Below are positions 36,731 to 50,699 of a DNA stretch of 64,000 nt, piece after piece. The notes below the pieces were generated by a model. That model ran no database searches. It was not told where the DNA came from and was given only the letters and a program-made list of their open reading frames with translations. Each line of letters opens with the position of its first letter. The first letter of the stretch is position 1. Source of the stretch: Vicugna vicugna. Lineage: Eukaryota. The DNA lies in NCBI GenBank assembly GCA_013265495.1, contig MU058636.1, forward strand, positions 4,437,741 to 4,501,740, in the 5' to 3' direction. The position numbers and the translations under genes are program-made.

Positions 36731-37899
36731 GAATAATGAACTTTTAAGAAACATTTTGAGGAAAATGGTCATCCAGTTTCTCAGTTACATAAAGAAACAA
36801 CCATACCCCCAACATTCTTTTGCTTCAAATACTTTGGGACCCTCTAAAGTATGTTGCTTTCAAAAGTTCCTTTGAATACTTGCAGTTTTTCTTTAAAGTC
36901 TAGGAAAGTATAGACTTGGGAGTAGGGGTTTACGAAATGAGCTTATACAGAAAAACATTTTCAGGTGACATGCATGTAAACACGCTCATTACAAGATGGT
37001 CAGAGTGTTTTTCAGTCAGTTTTAAAACCTTTACATCCTAAGTGGGGCATGAGTTAATTTTCTTGTGCCAAACAGCTGATTATCAGATTTGCCTTTGAGC
37101 ATCCTGGGAGTTCAGAGCACAGAGATGGTGGAACCATGTGGATGGTGTGTACTTTTGTCAGTAAATCAGATTTATCCATGGGGCTCCCTCAGCTACCAAA
37201 TAACACTCTTCTCTCCCACCCTGTGAGACTTAAGAATGATTAAGTCATCTTGATAGATAATCAGTACTGGATGGCGTTTTGGAGTCATTATGGGCCAGAA
37301 AGATTCAATTTAAAGAAACAAAAAGTATCCAAATACATGCCTAAGGATAAATGAAAGACATTCACAACAAAGTGTACAATATCTGTTCAATAAAAATCTA
37401 AACTCTCTTGTTGAATGTCTATTGGATATAAAACACTGAAGGCCTAGATGATGGTTAAGACATCGATACACAGAAATTTGTTCTCCTAATTTTTCACTAG
37501 GAGGGCAGGCTGCCCTAATTTGGGCATTCATGATTCTCTGGCACCAGTATTTAAGCCTCCGAGTTGCACCAGTTAATGGCAATACTAAAACCGTGACACC
37601 TGGCACGGAAGCCCTAATCAGCAGTGGGGTATCTCCTTGCAGGAAAGTCCCAGGGAACCTTAATTGTCCTCCTCATCAGGATTTCTTTGCTGGGGCTTTG
37701 TTTACTTTTTGTAATTTGTGCCTCTTCTGCACCCTCTAAACACAGCTAAGTGGGAAAGGGTCATAAGTCAAATGTTCCTCCCAGGGCTCAGCTCAGGAAG
37801 GGTTTCCAGTCTCATGAGATTTTTCAAATGCTTGTACAACCAAGGGAATATTAACTTAGCAATTTAGGACATTCTTTTTAAATCAACTGTACAAATGCA

Positions 37900-38055
37900 A
37901 ATTATTGGAGGAGGTTTTTTCAGAATCCACAAGCACCAGCCCTGGAGATTTGATTGAGGAAGTCTAGACTGGGGCCAGGCTTCTAACTGCTCTGTGAAAA
38001 GATTCCCCAGGTACGTGTGATGTTTGTCTCATCCCCTAGGTGAGAACTGCTGACT
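37900..38055. mobile_element. MER5-like remnant
   Basis: GGAGATTTGATTGAGGAAGTCTAG...TTCCCCAGGT...GGTGAGAACTGCTG. Confidence 0.5.
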
Positions 38056-38407
38056 TAAAGGAAGCAGAAAAGATCTTCAAAGATCGAAGTCATTCTTAAA
38101 CAGGGGACTATCTCACATGTAGGAAGCAGGAGGCATCTATTCATGCCCGGCCCCCAGCCCTGCCCACGCACACCCCGCCACCACCACCCTCAAAGGTCAA
38201 TGTGTTCTTAGGCAGGAAGACAGCCTGCATTTTCTCTCCTAATAGTGCCTGGATTTGAGGTCCATTATATACAGACTTCCTTCTGGTTCCCATTCATAAC
38301 CTTACGAACTACCCATCTAGGTCTTTGTTCAAACCCCTTCTCACATAGGGTGAAACACTAGGACACTTTCTGCCACCTCTTGACCAATTTTTTTAATGGT
38401 AACAATG

Positions 38408-38787
38408 TACTATGGGCTGAATGTTTGTGTCCCCCCCCAGAATTCACACATTGAAGCCACAGTCCGCAATGGGATGGCATTTGGAGACGGAGCCTTTGGG
38501 GGCAATGAGGTCGAGACGGAGCCTTTGGGGACAATGAGGTCATGAGGATGGAACCCTCATTCATGGGGTTAGTGCCCTTGTAAGAAGAGACATGAGAGAG
38601 ATGCTCTCTCTCTCTCTCTCTCTCTCTCTGTGAGGACACAGTGAGAAGCTAGGAAGACAGCTCCCACTAGACACCAAATCAGCTGGCACCTTGATCTTAG
38701 ACTTCCCAGTCTCCAGATGTAAATGTTTGTTGTCAAAGCCACCCAGTCTCTGGTAATTGGTTATAGTAGCCTAAACTGACTAAGCCA
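38408..38787 (+). mobile_element. MLT1A-like MaLR solo LTR with internal 29-bp tandem duplication and (CT)13
   Basis: CTATGGGCTGAATGTTTGTGTCCCC...GCTGGCACCTTGATCTTAGACTTCCCAGTCTCCAGA...GTTATAGTAGCCTAAACTGACTAAG. Confidence 0.9.
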
Positions 38788-41783
38788 ATTGGATGAATGA
38801 GAAATATTTTAAGTCCTTAAAAAGAAAAACTCTCAATCATGTTCAATGAATAAAAGTTGATGATATCATACACAACACTTAGGCACAGAGATTGCATTAT
38901 TCAGAAATGGAGTAAACTATAGTGACTTATTTTCTTTTGTTGTTGAATCACATCCATCCAAAATAGTGGCTGAGCGACTTCTCAAAAGAAGTATTGCCAA
39001 AGTGGTTTTGCTTCTTTAAAGTGTCGACATTTGAGATTAACAAACACTGTAAAATGGATCAATATGTCATTGTTGTGCACAAAATACGGATTAATCAGTG
39101 AACTGAAATTCTGTCCCTGCTCTGGACCAGAGTGTTTATAAACCCAAATCTTGAGTACTCCACAGCTATGATCTTAACCTGCTCAGTGCTTGCTGTATGC
39201 TGCTCATTGCTGAATGGAGTGGCATATAACATCTATTTAAATGAGGCATAATGAACTATTGCATAGTTTAGGACTTTAAATTTTAAAAGTCATAAAATTT
39301 TAAATGTCATGAATTTCATCTCAAGTGGCAATATTTTTCCAATCAGCATTTAAGGAGTATAATTAGGTGAGAAGTATATGTCACTTTCAAAATATTTTTA
39401 TTTCATTATTGAGAAAATAGTAGTACACATATTTTAAAGCCATGGGGATTCTTCAAGCTCAGATCTTGCCAGTTCTGGACATTAATAAGCTAGTTCAGTG
39501 TTTTGATCATCACTACTGTTGTTTTAATCAATGATGGGCTATCTTAGAAAACCTATGGCATTTCTCTGAAAGTTGAATTCTTAATTCCCTGCTAATTATA
39601 CATCTTATGGATGTGCCTATGAGTCCTGGGCATTTATTATTTTTTAAGAGCTCAAACTGCACAAAGTGCTTGGTGGTTGTGCTATTGAAGAACTTAGACA
39701 AGCAAATCACTCACTTGGCAGGGAGCGTGGGGAAAAGTCAGAGCATCGTTGAATTATGGATCTGAAAGAAATCTTAGAGAGCATCTAATTCAATGCCCTC
39801 ATTTTACAGAAGAAGTGCAGACCTACATAGACAGCTTACCTGGAGCGTCTTCTGCTTCCAGTCTGATCTTCATGAGATCATCACCTAAACCTAGTTTAAG
39901 AACCTCTGGGATCTTTTTTTGTAAACAGAGAAGATGAGGAGAAAATGATACCCACCCCTTTCCTTGTGGGTCCCAGAGGCAAGCAATCCATCGTCAGCCT
40001 GTGTTTATCCAGCCTCCACATGTCCACTGTGCTGCCCAGGACACAGCAGGGGCAGGGAGTGGGCAGGTGGAGGTCGAAGCTGTAAAAGGCACATGCTGGT
40101 CACAGGTGGTGAGACATTCAGCTAAGGGGTGAGCCTGGTCCAGTGCATGGCATCCAGATCTCAGCTGCTTTTATTTTTCATTCTGTCCTTAAGAGATAAA
40201 AAGTCTGTTTCTTTGAAGAAAACAATCAAGTGAGAGAAGGGGACTTTTTGTTTCAGGTAACTTTAGTTCAGGGAAACACACAGGAAACATGAATCTCCTC
40301 AGAGACGTGATCCAGGGGAAGCCTGGACCCTATATGAACATTTCTTTTGGAGGGAAAATTTCTAGGGATAGTTTCCTTTTGAATGGTCAAGAGGCCTGCT
40401 AAACTGTCACTGTCCTCACAGACTAAGGTCAATCTTCCCCTTCACAGTGGGGAAACTGAACAAAGCCTATGGAAATGATCTGTTAAGAGAGCAAATCTGA
40501 GACAAGACTTCACAGCTTTTCAGTTTCAAGTTCTCCTTCACCAAGTATTCTCTGACGTTTACTCCATTCTCATGTTCAAAACATTATAACCCAAAGCGGC
40601 TTCACAACCTTATATCTTAGTAACTGAACAGGAAAAGCTTTTTTTTTCCCATTCAGGATATAACCAAATCCCTAATTAAAAATCAGTCAGTATCTCTCCC
40701 GATTTAAGGGGCATCAAATGTAGACAGTGGAATTCGCGTAACGCGCCCATGGAGCAGCCGTGTGCCTGCGCCTGTCCCCGAGAAGTAGATGCTTTGCTCA
40801 TTTGAGGGAAGTATATTACTTTTTAAGGTTGTCAGGGCTCAGTTTAGTCTCTGAAAAGTAGGTCACCCTGTTGCTTTGTGTGGTCCTCAGTGTAAAAAGT
40901 TGTCTAACAGAAAGTTCCACATCTCTAAAGAGATGTGTAGTAAATGATCGTTGCTTTAGGAAAATATCCTAGAAGAACTCAGACTAAAGCAAAAAAAAAT
41001 CTTCTTAAAGCTAACTTCTTCTGAGCACTAGAGTTTGAAAATACAGAAGATTGTTCTGTTTTGTGTTTTAAAGCTGTAGAAGGAGAAGAGCCTATAACCT
41101 GAAAGCCAGCTGAGTGCACTTTGCTCTTCAAATGTGAGTCAGGATTGATCGAGCTTCCATGGCAGTGCCTGTAGAAAGTTCCAGGCCCAGCCCCAAGAAT
41201 CTACAACTTCTCAGGGACTTGTGCTTAAGATCCTGCTTCTGCTGACGTTTTTGTTTGTTTGTTCTTTTTTCCCCATTTATGGACTTTCTCATTATCTTTT
41301 TCTGCTGGGTTCACTGTGTACTTACTGTGTGGGCTCAGAAGGGAGGTTCAGCCTCTTTCCTTGATTTCTGCAAACGGAAACTCAACCATAAAAGCCTGTG
41401 TGTATAGCAGACTCTGCAGCTGCCTGGACTGAGACACCCATTCAGCACGAATGGCTTTGATTTAATATTAGATGTCCCTGTTCTGTCAACGCCCTTTCAG
41501 CCGCCCTGCCGTTTGAGATTTCTCATTGCTTCTGCTACCAGTACCCTGCAACCTCTGGACATCTTGGTGGCGTCTTCCTCCTTGTCTCTTCCCATCTATC
41601 CTTTCAAATTCCTTTCTCCCACAATGTCCCCACAATTTCATTTTCTTCTCCCTCTATTGTAGAGAGCAGTTCTGATCATTGCAGCTCTGACCCCCTGCTC
41701 TTCTTCGGACTTGTCACAGCACAGCCCAAACCAGTCGAGGTTCTCATCAGAATCAAAGGGCCATCTGAGACTCTTCCTTTAAC

Positions 41784-41948
41784 GCCATGGTCCTCATAAA
41801 CGTACATGAGAACCACCTGCAGATCTTCTTAAAATTAAATCCAGGTGCTGGCTCTTCAGGTTTGGGATCAGCCTGGGAATACTTTCTTTTAATAATCATG
41901 ACTTGAGTCTGATTGAAGGATCTTCAGCTCATGTACTGAGAAACTCTG
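41784..41948. mobile_element. MER5-like remnant
   Basis: ACATGAGAACCACCTGCAGATCTTCTTAAAAT...GCCTGGGAAT...TTTTAATAA...TGAGAAACTCTG. Confidence 0.55.
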
Positions 41949-43179
41949 TAGTCTAATAAGATTTGTCCTCTACAGGAGACAGTTGGATTCCAGAGAGAAG
42001 GGGTTTCCTCCTTTGCATATAGACTGTACCTATTCTAGACAAAATCCTGCAAAGACCCCACCATGATTGGGGTAAAACATCTCCCCTTCATCCTATGGTT
42101 TGACCATCTTATGGTGTAAGCCTGGGATTACTCTTCTTAGAAGCTCTGTCAGTTAAAACTTTGGTAGACTCATTAGTAGGGGATAAGACTCATATTACCT
42201 GTCTTAAGAGGATTTCTCTTGTCAAACATATTTGTATTCACTTGAACAGGCTCGGTGACCCATGTAACTAAGTCACATAGAGAACAAAGCTTGCTCTGGG
42301 ACAACCCAGGGAACTTTGTTTACCATCTTCCAATGGTAAGATGGAACAGAGGACAACCTTAAGGGATTAGGAAGTAAGACTGTCTTGGGTTAGCAGACAT
42401 CCACATTATTTTATATTTTTTTAATACCCAGAGTAGTAGTGATAAGTTCACATTGATTTGGGCAGCATTATTAAATGAGAGGAGCTTGTTTCCACTCAGT
42501 TTATAGGAGAACTATGCCCCCTTTACAAGATAATTTAATTACAAGACCAGAAACGGATCAGAGGGTTATTATAAAGGGTATACATTATCCATACTATAAA
42601 TTAATAAATTCTCTTCTATAATGCATTTAAATAATTTGTTTTATAAAAATGTGACACACTTTTCAGGAAGCTTTCAACTCAATTGTATAAAGAAATATGT
42701 GTAATATCTATACTGTCCTTCCTAACACATTTACTATCTTTTGTCATGTTTCTGTTCTCTTTCTGTCTCCATTCTTAGCTCTTTCAATAGAAGAGCTGAA
42801 TTTTCTATTTTTTTAAAATGTCCCTGAAACATTTATCTAATGATTGCTGCCCACAGTGGGTGTTCAGGAAGATGCTTCTGCCCTACCCAGAGCTGTGTCA
42901 TTCTTTCCCCTCCTCCACTAGCTGCGTGTGAAGCTGGGTCAATAATTTAGTCACCTGTACATCCTAGAATATTCCCTGTGGAGTGGGATAAAATAGGAGC
43001 TGATCCCCCAAAGCTCTACTGTTTTAAGGACCTTTCTGGAGTCTAGAACTGCATCCCTGCAGTAGTTCTCTCATCCACTGGTCCATTTTCTCCTGTTAAA
43101 CACTGAGATGCTCTGGAACATCCTGTGTCTTCTTGTTGATGGTGCCTCTGTCATGTTTTAGCCCCTTGAGTTTCATGAT

Positions 43180-43630
43180 CAAGCCTACACGCTCAAGCAT
43201 GACCCTGAAGACCCGGTCTGGCCCTGTGCTCAGATGGAAGGGTTTGTCCCTGTCCCGGGCCTTTCTGTGCGCTGTTCCAGCCACACGGAGCCACTGATGC
43301 CCTCTGCCCCCGCTGTCCTTCTGTTGGTGTGGGTCTCCACACGGGCTTCCTCACCCTCCCACCTGGCTTTTCTCTGTCATATTCTTTTTCAAGGCTGAGC
43401 TCAAATGTCACCTTCTCTTTCAAACTGTCCCTTACAGTCCCAGCCCCAGATGATTTAGCTGTAGCTCACCTTTTGTTTCATAGGTCTTTGCACATTGTGG
43501 TGTTTAATGCTGCATGTATCTCTTACTAAAACCACCCTCTCTACTCAGGCTTCAAGCCTTCTGAAGGCAGAAACTGTGAAGCCCATGAATGAATGAATGA
43601 ATGAGTGAGTGGGTAAAGGAATGAATGGAT
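43180..43630 (+). mobile_element. L2 3' region
   Basis: TTCAAGGCTGAGCTCAAATGTCACCTTCTC...CTGAAGGCAGAAACTGTG...(TGAA)n terminal repeats. Confidence 0.75.
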
Positions 43631-45364
43631 GCTTTTCCTTAACTGCCTGGTCTGCCTTAACCGTCAGTAACGCGCACAAAGCTAAGCTGTTCCCTGAGAA
43701 GTGGTCGTCTTCCTTAGAATCAGTTTTCCAGTGAAAGTGGCCTCTTTTCCTCTCTCCAAATCCCTCCTCACCTGGGCTCCAGTTGTTTCACTCTTGCCTT
43801 AGTCTATCCCATTTCAAGAGGATTTTTTGCTTATATTATTAGCTACGTTAAATCCTTTGCAGATTTAAGTAAGTGACTAGCATAATGCAATATCCTCTAA
43901 GCATCATCTGAGCTAAATAAAATCTCTTTCCATCAAAGGCTGCATCATTTTTTCCACTTCCCTTTCCTCACTTACTGTAGCCTGGGCAAAACCAACGTCG
44001 GCTCTTCATGTGTCCATCAAGTTGCCCAATGTTTTGAGTCAGTCTCCTTTATTAACTTATTTTCCTTCTGCATCCATGATTGGCTACAGTTATTTGACAG
44101 TTTCTTTTTGGCTAACATAGATTTACAAAATCAAAACTTTCTAAATCACTTTGCTGTTGCTGGTATCATTAGGCATGCTGCAGTAGCAGTGAAGGTAATT
44201 GTTGTTTTGTGCAAAAATAGGGAAGAATTAAGTAGAAAGAATGAAGAAAAGAGCCTTGACAAAAAGAGATGACCATAAGCTTGTCAGAGGATAAAAGTGA
44301 GTTTCCTAAAATTATTAATATAGTGACAAGTATATGCAACCTTTGCATCAAATCATTGGGTATAAAGTCTTATTCCTAAGAAAGTGCATCACAATGTTGG
44401 TTCTTTGATGTTTGGAATGGGTTGTTTACATGATGGAGCAACACAACAAATATCTCAGGAATAACCAGCTTCACAGCCGACAGCAAACTCCTTAGGGCGA
44501 GGACTTTATACATTTGGCACAATTTACTTTTTGTGTATCAGTGCTGCATAAATATTTAATAACAGTTCCTCCCACACCTATTCCTGGCAAGTCGAGCCTT
44601 CCTGACTTGTCACGTCCTTAATCAAATATGTATTTCCACATTAGTCACTTGAGGTGTGGTGCCACTTGTAGGCTGGGTTCTCCGGGATGATGCCATCTCT
44701 TGGGGTGTGCTCTGGGTGACTGGAGTAGAGATTAACAGCTGTGAACATCAATCAGCACTCTATCTTTTCCTTTCTTGAAAAAAATCTCTTCCTTTTTAGA
44801 GTTCAGTGACTGACAGAGTGAGCTTTATTTTCCCCTAAAGGTAAAAGAGTCACCTTTGTTGCCTTTACACCAAGACCTGGGCTTCTTCCTCCAGGCTCTG
44901 TAACTAACAGCTGGACCCTGGGCAGCCCACCAGACCTCTCCTGAGGTCCGCTGGCTTGTCTGAAAGAAGATCCTCCTGGGCTAATCATAAATGTTGATTC
45001 TGGCCCCAGAGTTTTAATGTACTGCTTATTTCCAGATGTAACAGTTGTGCTTACTTGCTCAGAAAAACAAATTAGCTCATTTCTAAGTATCTTTCTAGTG
45101 AATGCGAGAAACATGCTACTGCTTAAATATTTCATCTGTTGTCTGACTTTAAGAGGAATTTACCCAATATTCATTATTTAGACAAAGAGAGTCCTTATGG
45201 CAATGGATTAGAATTCCAAAGTGCATGCATACAGAGCAGCATAGCTATTTAATTATGTAAATTTTAAAAGAACAACAAAATATAAAGTGATCAGAAAGAA
45301 CAGAATCTATTGGCTCTGGGAGACAAAAGTCTGCTAATCGTGTGAACTCCGTAAATTCTATGTA

Positions 45365-47407
45365 TTCTGTGGATATCTTCTTTTGTAGTTACCATGGGAA
45401 TTATGTAAAACATCCTAAAGTCATAACAATCTCTTTAAAACTGATAACAACTTAAGTTGCATGCAAAACCTCTGCTCATTTACATCTCTGCTCCACCTCC
45501 AGTTTCCACTATTGATGTCACGAATTACATCTTTATACATTGTGCACCTGTTAATATAGATTTATAGTCATTGTTTATGCTTTTGTTTTTTAAATGCTAT
45601 TAAAAAATGAATGGCAAATTTACAAACCAAAATTACTAAAATTCGTTTTTATATTTGTCCATATATTGACCTTTACCAGAGGACTTCTATTTTCATATGG
45701 CTTGAAGTTACTATTTAGTATCCTTTTGTCTCAACTTTAAAGACTCCCTTTAGCATTTCTTTCAGGGCACATTGTCTAGTATTAACTCCTTCAGCTTCTG
45801 TTTACCTGGGAATGTCTTAATATCTCTCTCATTTTTGAAGAACAGTTTTGCTGGATGTAATATTCTCAGTTGACAGTTTTTCTTTCAGTTCTTTAAACAT
45901 GTGATCCTATTGCCTTCTGACCTGGAAGATTTCTGCTGAGAAATCCACCAATGACATTATTGACAGTTCCTTGTTTGTAATGAGCCACTTTTCTCTTGCT
46001 GCTTCCAAGATTCTCTCTTTGTGTTTGACTTTCTACTGTTTGATTATAATGTGTCTCTGTGGGTTTATCCTACTTAGAGTTTGTTAAGAGTCTCGTATGT
46101 GTATATCCATGTCTCTCCTCAGATTTGGGACACTTTCAACATTTTTTTCTTCAAATAAATTCTCTGCCCCCTCTCTCCAATCCTTCTGGCACCCCCGTAA
46201 TGCGTATATTCCTCTGCTTGATGGTATCTCATAAGTCCTGTAGGGTCCTTTCACATTTCTTCATTCTTTTTTCTTTTTGTTCCTCACACTCAGAGTTATC
46301 AGATGACCCATCTTCAAGTTTTCTGATTCCTTTTTCTACCTGTTTGAATTCACTGTTGAACCCTTCTAGTGAATTTTTGAATTCAGTTATTGTTTTTATC
46401 AGCTCCATGATTTCTGTTTGGTTCTGTTTTATAATTTTTAGCTCTTTGTTGATGGTCTCATTTTGTTCATGCATTATTTTCCTAAATGGGCTTACTTCTC
46501 TGTCTGTGTTCTCCTTTATCTCACTGAGCAAACTTAAGAAAATTATTTTAAAGTCTTTGTTAAATAAGTCTAAGACCTGTGTTTCTTCAAGGCTGGTTTC
46601 TGGAGATTTATTTTGCTCCTTTTAATGGACCACGTTCACCTCTTTCTTTGTATGCCTTGTGATCTTTTGTTGAAAACTGGGCATCTGAGCTAACCATCTT
46701 CTCACGCAGTCTTTGGGGCTTGGCTCTGCACCAGGGAGGCTCTGCACTAACCAGCCTGGAATGAAGGCTGAGTCCTCTCAGACTCTCCCCTGCCCCTGTG
46801 CAGATGCTTCATTCCCCCTCCAGTTCTCCTGTATACATGGCTGCTTTTCAATCTCTTAATTTTCCTGAGAGTCTTATCCCTGCTCATTCTCAGGACCTTA
46901 GATGTTCTGTTGTATTCCTCTGCCTGCAGTCTCTTGCCCCCAGGTGCCCAGGGGTCTGCAGTCTCCTGAAGTTGTCCCAGGCCACTGAACTCACCACTGC
47001 TTTCAGCAGCCTCCAACCTGATATTCAAAACATGTCACCATTCCCATCAATGCTCTGAGTCACGTCAGAAAGGACAGTCCCTCAGACAAGCCAGAATGTC
47101 ACAAGCAAGTTCTACTCTTTCCTTCTGTCCTGAAGGAGGGACTGGAAATTGAATGGCCACCTCCTGACCACATCATGCTGCACTGGGGAGGGTGGGGTCA
47201 GGGCAAGCAGAAATGCCACGGATGTCCCATTGTTTTGAGTGTGGCTTTTTCTTGGCAAGGTATTCGCTTGCTTGCTGCGGCTTCTTAACTGGTTCTAGAC
47301 TTCCCATAAAGCTACTTTGGTCCATATGTTGTTGTTGTTCGTTTGGTATTTCCATGGGAGAACGAGGGCCTGGAGCTTCCTCGTCTGTCATCTTGCTGAT
47401 GTCACCC
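45365..47407 (-). mobile_element. Old L1M 5' half: 5'UTR, ORF1 remnant and inter-ORF region; ORF2 absent
   Basis: ORF 46229-46531 (KQNQTEIMELIKTITEFKNSLEGFNS...EEQKEKRMKKCERTLQDL) is the ORF1p coiled coil; 5' end GGTGACATCAGCAAGATGAC near 47400. Confidence 0.85.
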
Positions 47408-47714
47408 TTGTTAATAAGTAACATAACCCAGGGAGGAAGAGAGGCACATAATAAGAATGACATAAACAGCTTTGTGTTTTTGAAAAAAAAATAACTCTTA
47501 AGATTACACATCCTTGTACAAGCGAAAATAAACTTCAGAGCCAGAGGAACCATTGGAAACTTGCGTATTGGACTAGGTGATAAATGGCAAGGGCCTGAAC
47601 TAAGACAGAGGCATACATTCAGGAGACATTCAGCAGGGACGGTTCTAAGGCTGTACAGCCTGTTGAAACATGGGCCAGGGATGTGAAGGCAGAAGAAATA
47701 TGGAATCAAGAAGG

Positions 47715-47870
47715 AGACAAGTAGGTCCCAGTAACTCTGATTTTAGGCAAGTTTCTTAGCCGTTCTAACTTCATTTCCTCATGTGTTAAGTAGGACAGTT
47801 GTGAAGATTAAAAGAGATAACACGTGTCAGTGCCTAGTATATTGTAGGCGACTAATAATGGTTAGTTTCT
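47715..47870 (+). mobile_element. MIR
   Basis: TTAGGCAAGTTTCTTAGCC...TTTCCTCATGTG...GTTGTGAAGATTAAAAGAGATAA. Confidence 0.7.
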
Positions 47871-49649
47871 TTTTTTCCATCCCCCCACCTCTCACCAGCA
47901 TTACCAGATTATGCAGCTTAGTGGATGGTGATGTTACTAACTAAAATGGAGCATCGGAAAAATGCAGACCAATCTTCTAAATCTCTGGGTGTGCTGGGTT
48001 TTTTTAAAACTCCTACTCTTTAGTAATAATAATACACAGTAGACAGGCTCTATATAAGGAAGTGTTTGCATTTATGTTTATCTTTCTCAAACAAGCCGTG
48101 CTAAGTGTCCTTAAATTATTATCTGATTCCGAGAATATTCCCCTAAAATTAGGCAGGAAGCAGGGTCACTTTTAGCATACTGGTTGATTCCAGGTTGTTC
48201 AGTAAATTCGGAGCAAAGTGATAAAAATAATTTCTGTCTTCTGGCTCTTGAGCAAATACTTTGTTATCAACTCTGAGGCTTTTAAAAAAACTTCTGTGAG
48301 AATCTTCTCCAAATGGCTCTAATTTGACAGATTTACAGCCCTGTAAATATATGTGTGCATTCATGATGACAGTTTAAATGTTATGTTTAGAGATTATGAA
48401 AGGAAAATAGAAAAAGGAATTTCAACTGGCCCTTTTTTCCCCTTAGAGCTCTGACCTTTTTATAAATCATGTTTCCATAGGCCAAGATTCAAATTGCTAT
48501 CACTACTAGAGAATGTCAGTTTTCATGAAGCTACTATTTTATATGGACTATGCATCTAAGCTCAACAAATCATAGACTAGTAGCTTGTAAAAGATGACAA
48601 AGAACGATTCAGAAACCTATTTTTGAGATATTCTAGAGTAATCAGGATGGTGTGTTTAACCCTTGATAAATAACACTATACTTAAGATCTAGGCATCAGA
48701 TTTTAGAAGATGATCTGTTCTGTATCCAAATAGTCCATCCTGATGGAAGAAAAGGCTACTGTCTTGTAAAATATGAAATCTGAAAAGTTGCAATGACCCA
48801 GGCTTCTCGCTGGAGAGTGACGTAAGCAGTTGGTGCAAGTGTACCCCTGAGTTCTTCCCTCTAAGTCAGATCCCATTTCCCACACCACCAAGAAATGGAA
48901 TTTTCCAGAGTCCTGTGTTTGGTTAGTCATATTATATGTTTTGAATTGTTTTCAAGAAAAACGAAAGCTATAAAAATATCAAGTAGCATCATCTAATTCT
49001 TTTCGGCTCATCCCATAGCTATGGTACATTTCCTGCATCTCATTTCTTATCTAGTGAAATAGCCAAATAGGCCATCACATGTCACGTCCCGTGGAGAAAG
49101 GAACAACCACATTTTGGGGGTACTGAAAATGATGAAACACTGGTGGAATTCTCACTATAATTCATTGTAATGTGCTGGGAGAGATTTTTGTTTAGCAAAG
49201 CCCTGCTAGCTGGAAAGACACAATTGTTCAGTGAGTGATGTCTTTACCTATTTTAACGTGTGATATTGTGTTATGCAGAGATTTGGCTCCAGCAGATCAT
49301 AGGGCTGCATTTCTCAGAGGTGCCAAATGGACATGCACAGACACAGAGAATAGCTACGCTCCTAAAGCCTTGTCTCTTCAGAGGCTGGCTCAGATGATAA
49401 CGTTGCCTCACAAAGTCCTAATGTAATTGAAGCAGGTGCCCATCTGGATAACTGCTGACTTCCCAGACTCGCCTCCGCGCTCCAGGCACACTGAACTCCC
49501 AGCAGTCACGCCTTTTCCTTCACCCTGGGCATCTCCGACACCACCATTCACATGCGTCCCCTCCCCTTCACGCTGTCCCCAATGGCTGAAATAGGCTTCT
49601 TCCCTCCCCGCTCCACCAGTGCCCGCTTTGTCCTATATTCCAGGCTCCA

Positions 49650-49920
49650 GAACTTGGCTTAGGCTCGAGCCCTTCTGGGAAGCTGCCTCGACTTCCATGT
49701 TGAGGTGGGTCTCCTTCTAAGCGCTCCCGAGAGCCCTCTGCAAACCCTGGTTGTAGCGTTCTAGCCCTTTGCTTATTTTCCCCATTGGATAGTGAGCTTC
49801 TTGAGGATCAAAACCATCAAACTTGTCTTTTTATTAACAACACCGAGAATACTGCCTGGCACCTGGGGCGGAGGGGAATGCAACAAACATGTGTGGAATG
49901 AGTAAGCAGACAAAGGAATG
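49650..49920 (+). mobile_element. L2 3' end
   Basis: GTGAGCTTCTTGAGGATCAAAACC...TGCCTGGCAC...AACAAACATGTGTGGAATGA. Confidence 0.6.
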
Positions 49921-49959
49921 AGTGATGTCATCCTGGTCTGTAAATGAAAGATTAACAAG

Positions 49960-50190
49960 AATTGTAACTAACTCTTACTAAGTTTTTTCCATGGGCCAGG
50001 CGTGGTGTTGCGCTTTTTGAGAAGCATCCACTCATGTATTCCCTTCAACAACTCTATGAGACAGATATCTTTATTTTCCCCATTCTAGGAATGAGAAAAT
50101 TGAGACACAGAGAGTTAAATGACCAAGATCCCACCATGCCAACAGATTTCAGCCTTTGATTTGTTGAGCCCTTTACACTCAGTCTGCCCT
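49960..50190 (-). mobile_element. MIR
   Basis: CAACAACTCTATGAG...TTATTTTCCCCATTCTAGGAATGAGAAAATTGAGACACAGAGAGTTAAATGAC. Confidence 0.75.
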
Positions 50191-50539
50191 GTGGGGAGAT
50201 GCCCCCAGGCCCAACAACTCAGACTAAGAGGACAGTCAGAGGAAGACCGCATAGTCTGAGCCTTATTACAATACAGAATAAAATCTGGTGAAAACTGACA
50301 TCCACCATGGCTGCAAATGGAGGTCAAGGGGGAAGTTGTCAAAAAAGGGGCCACATGCACGTGAGATGAGACGTCTGTGTGGAGCAGAGGGAGTAGCCCA
50401 GACTGCAAAACCTGCCTGCATCCTTTTGGTGGTCCTTGGGGACTTTGTGCTGAAAAACTCAGAAATTTAAAACAGAAAACAAAGACCTGTCAGCTGGTGT
50501 CACTGCTGTCTGCTTCCTGGCGTGGGGGCTCCAAAGCCA

Positions 50540-50680
50540 CCTTAGATCTAGAGAGGAGACTGTGGTCTCCATGAGGTCAGGGTCATTTCTGCTTTTGTAC
50601 TTTATGATTAACACCGTATGTCAAGCCTTTAGCACAATACTTGACACGTAACAGGTGCTAACTAAGTATTTGTTTGAAAG
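50540..50680 (+). mobile_element. L2 3' end
   Basis: AGACTGTGGTCTCCATGAGGTCAGGG...TAGCACAATACTTGACACGTAACAGGTGCT. Confidence 0.65.
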
Positions 50681-50699
50681 AAGGCATAGGTGGGGTAGA

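Noticed and set aside
46059..46625. 188-aa hydrophobic ORF as a membrane protein
   Set aside because: It is the antisense reading of A-rich L1 ORF1, so the F/S/L richness is a compositional artefact.
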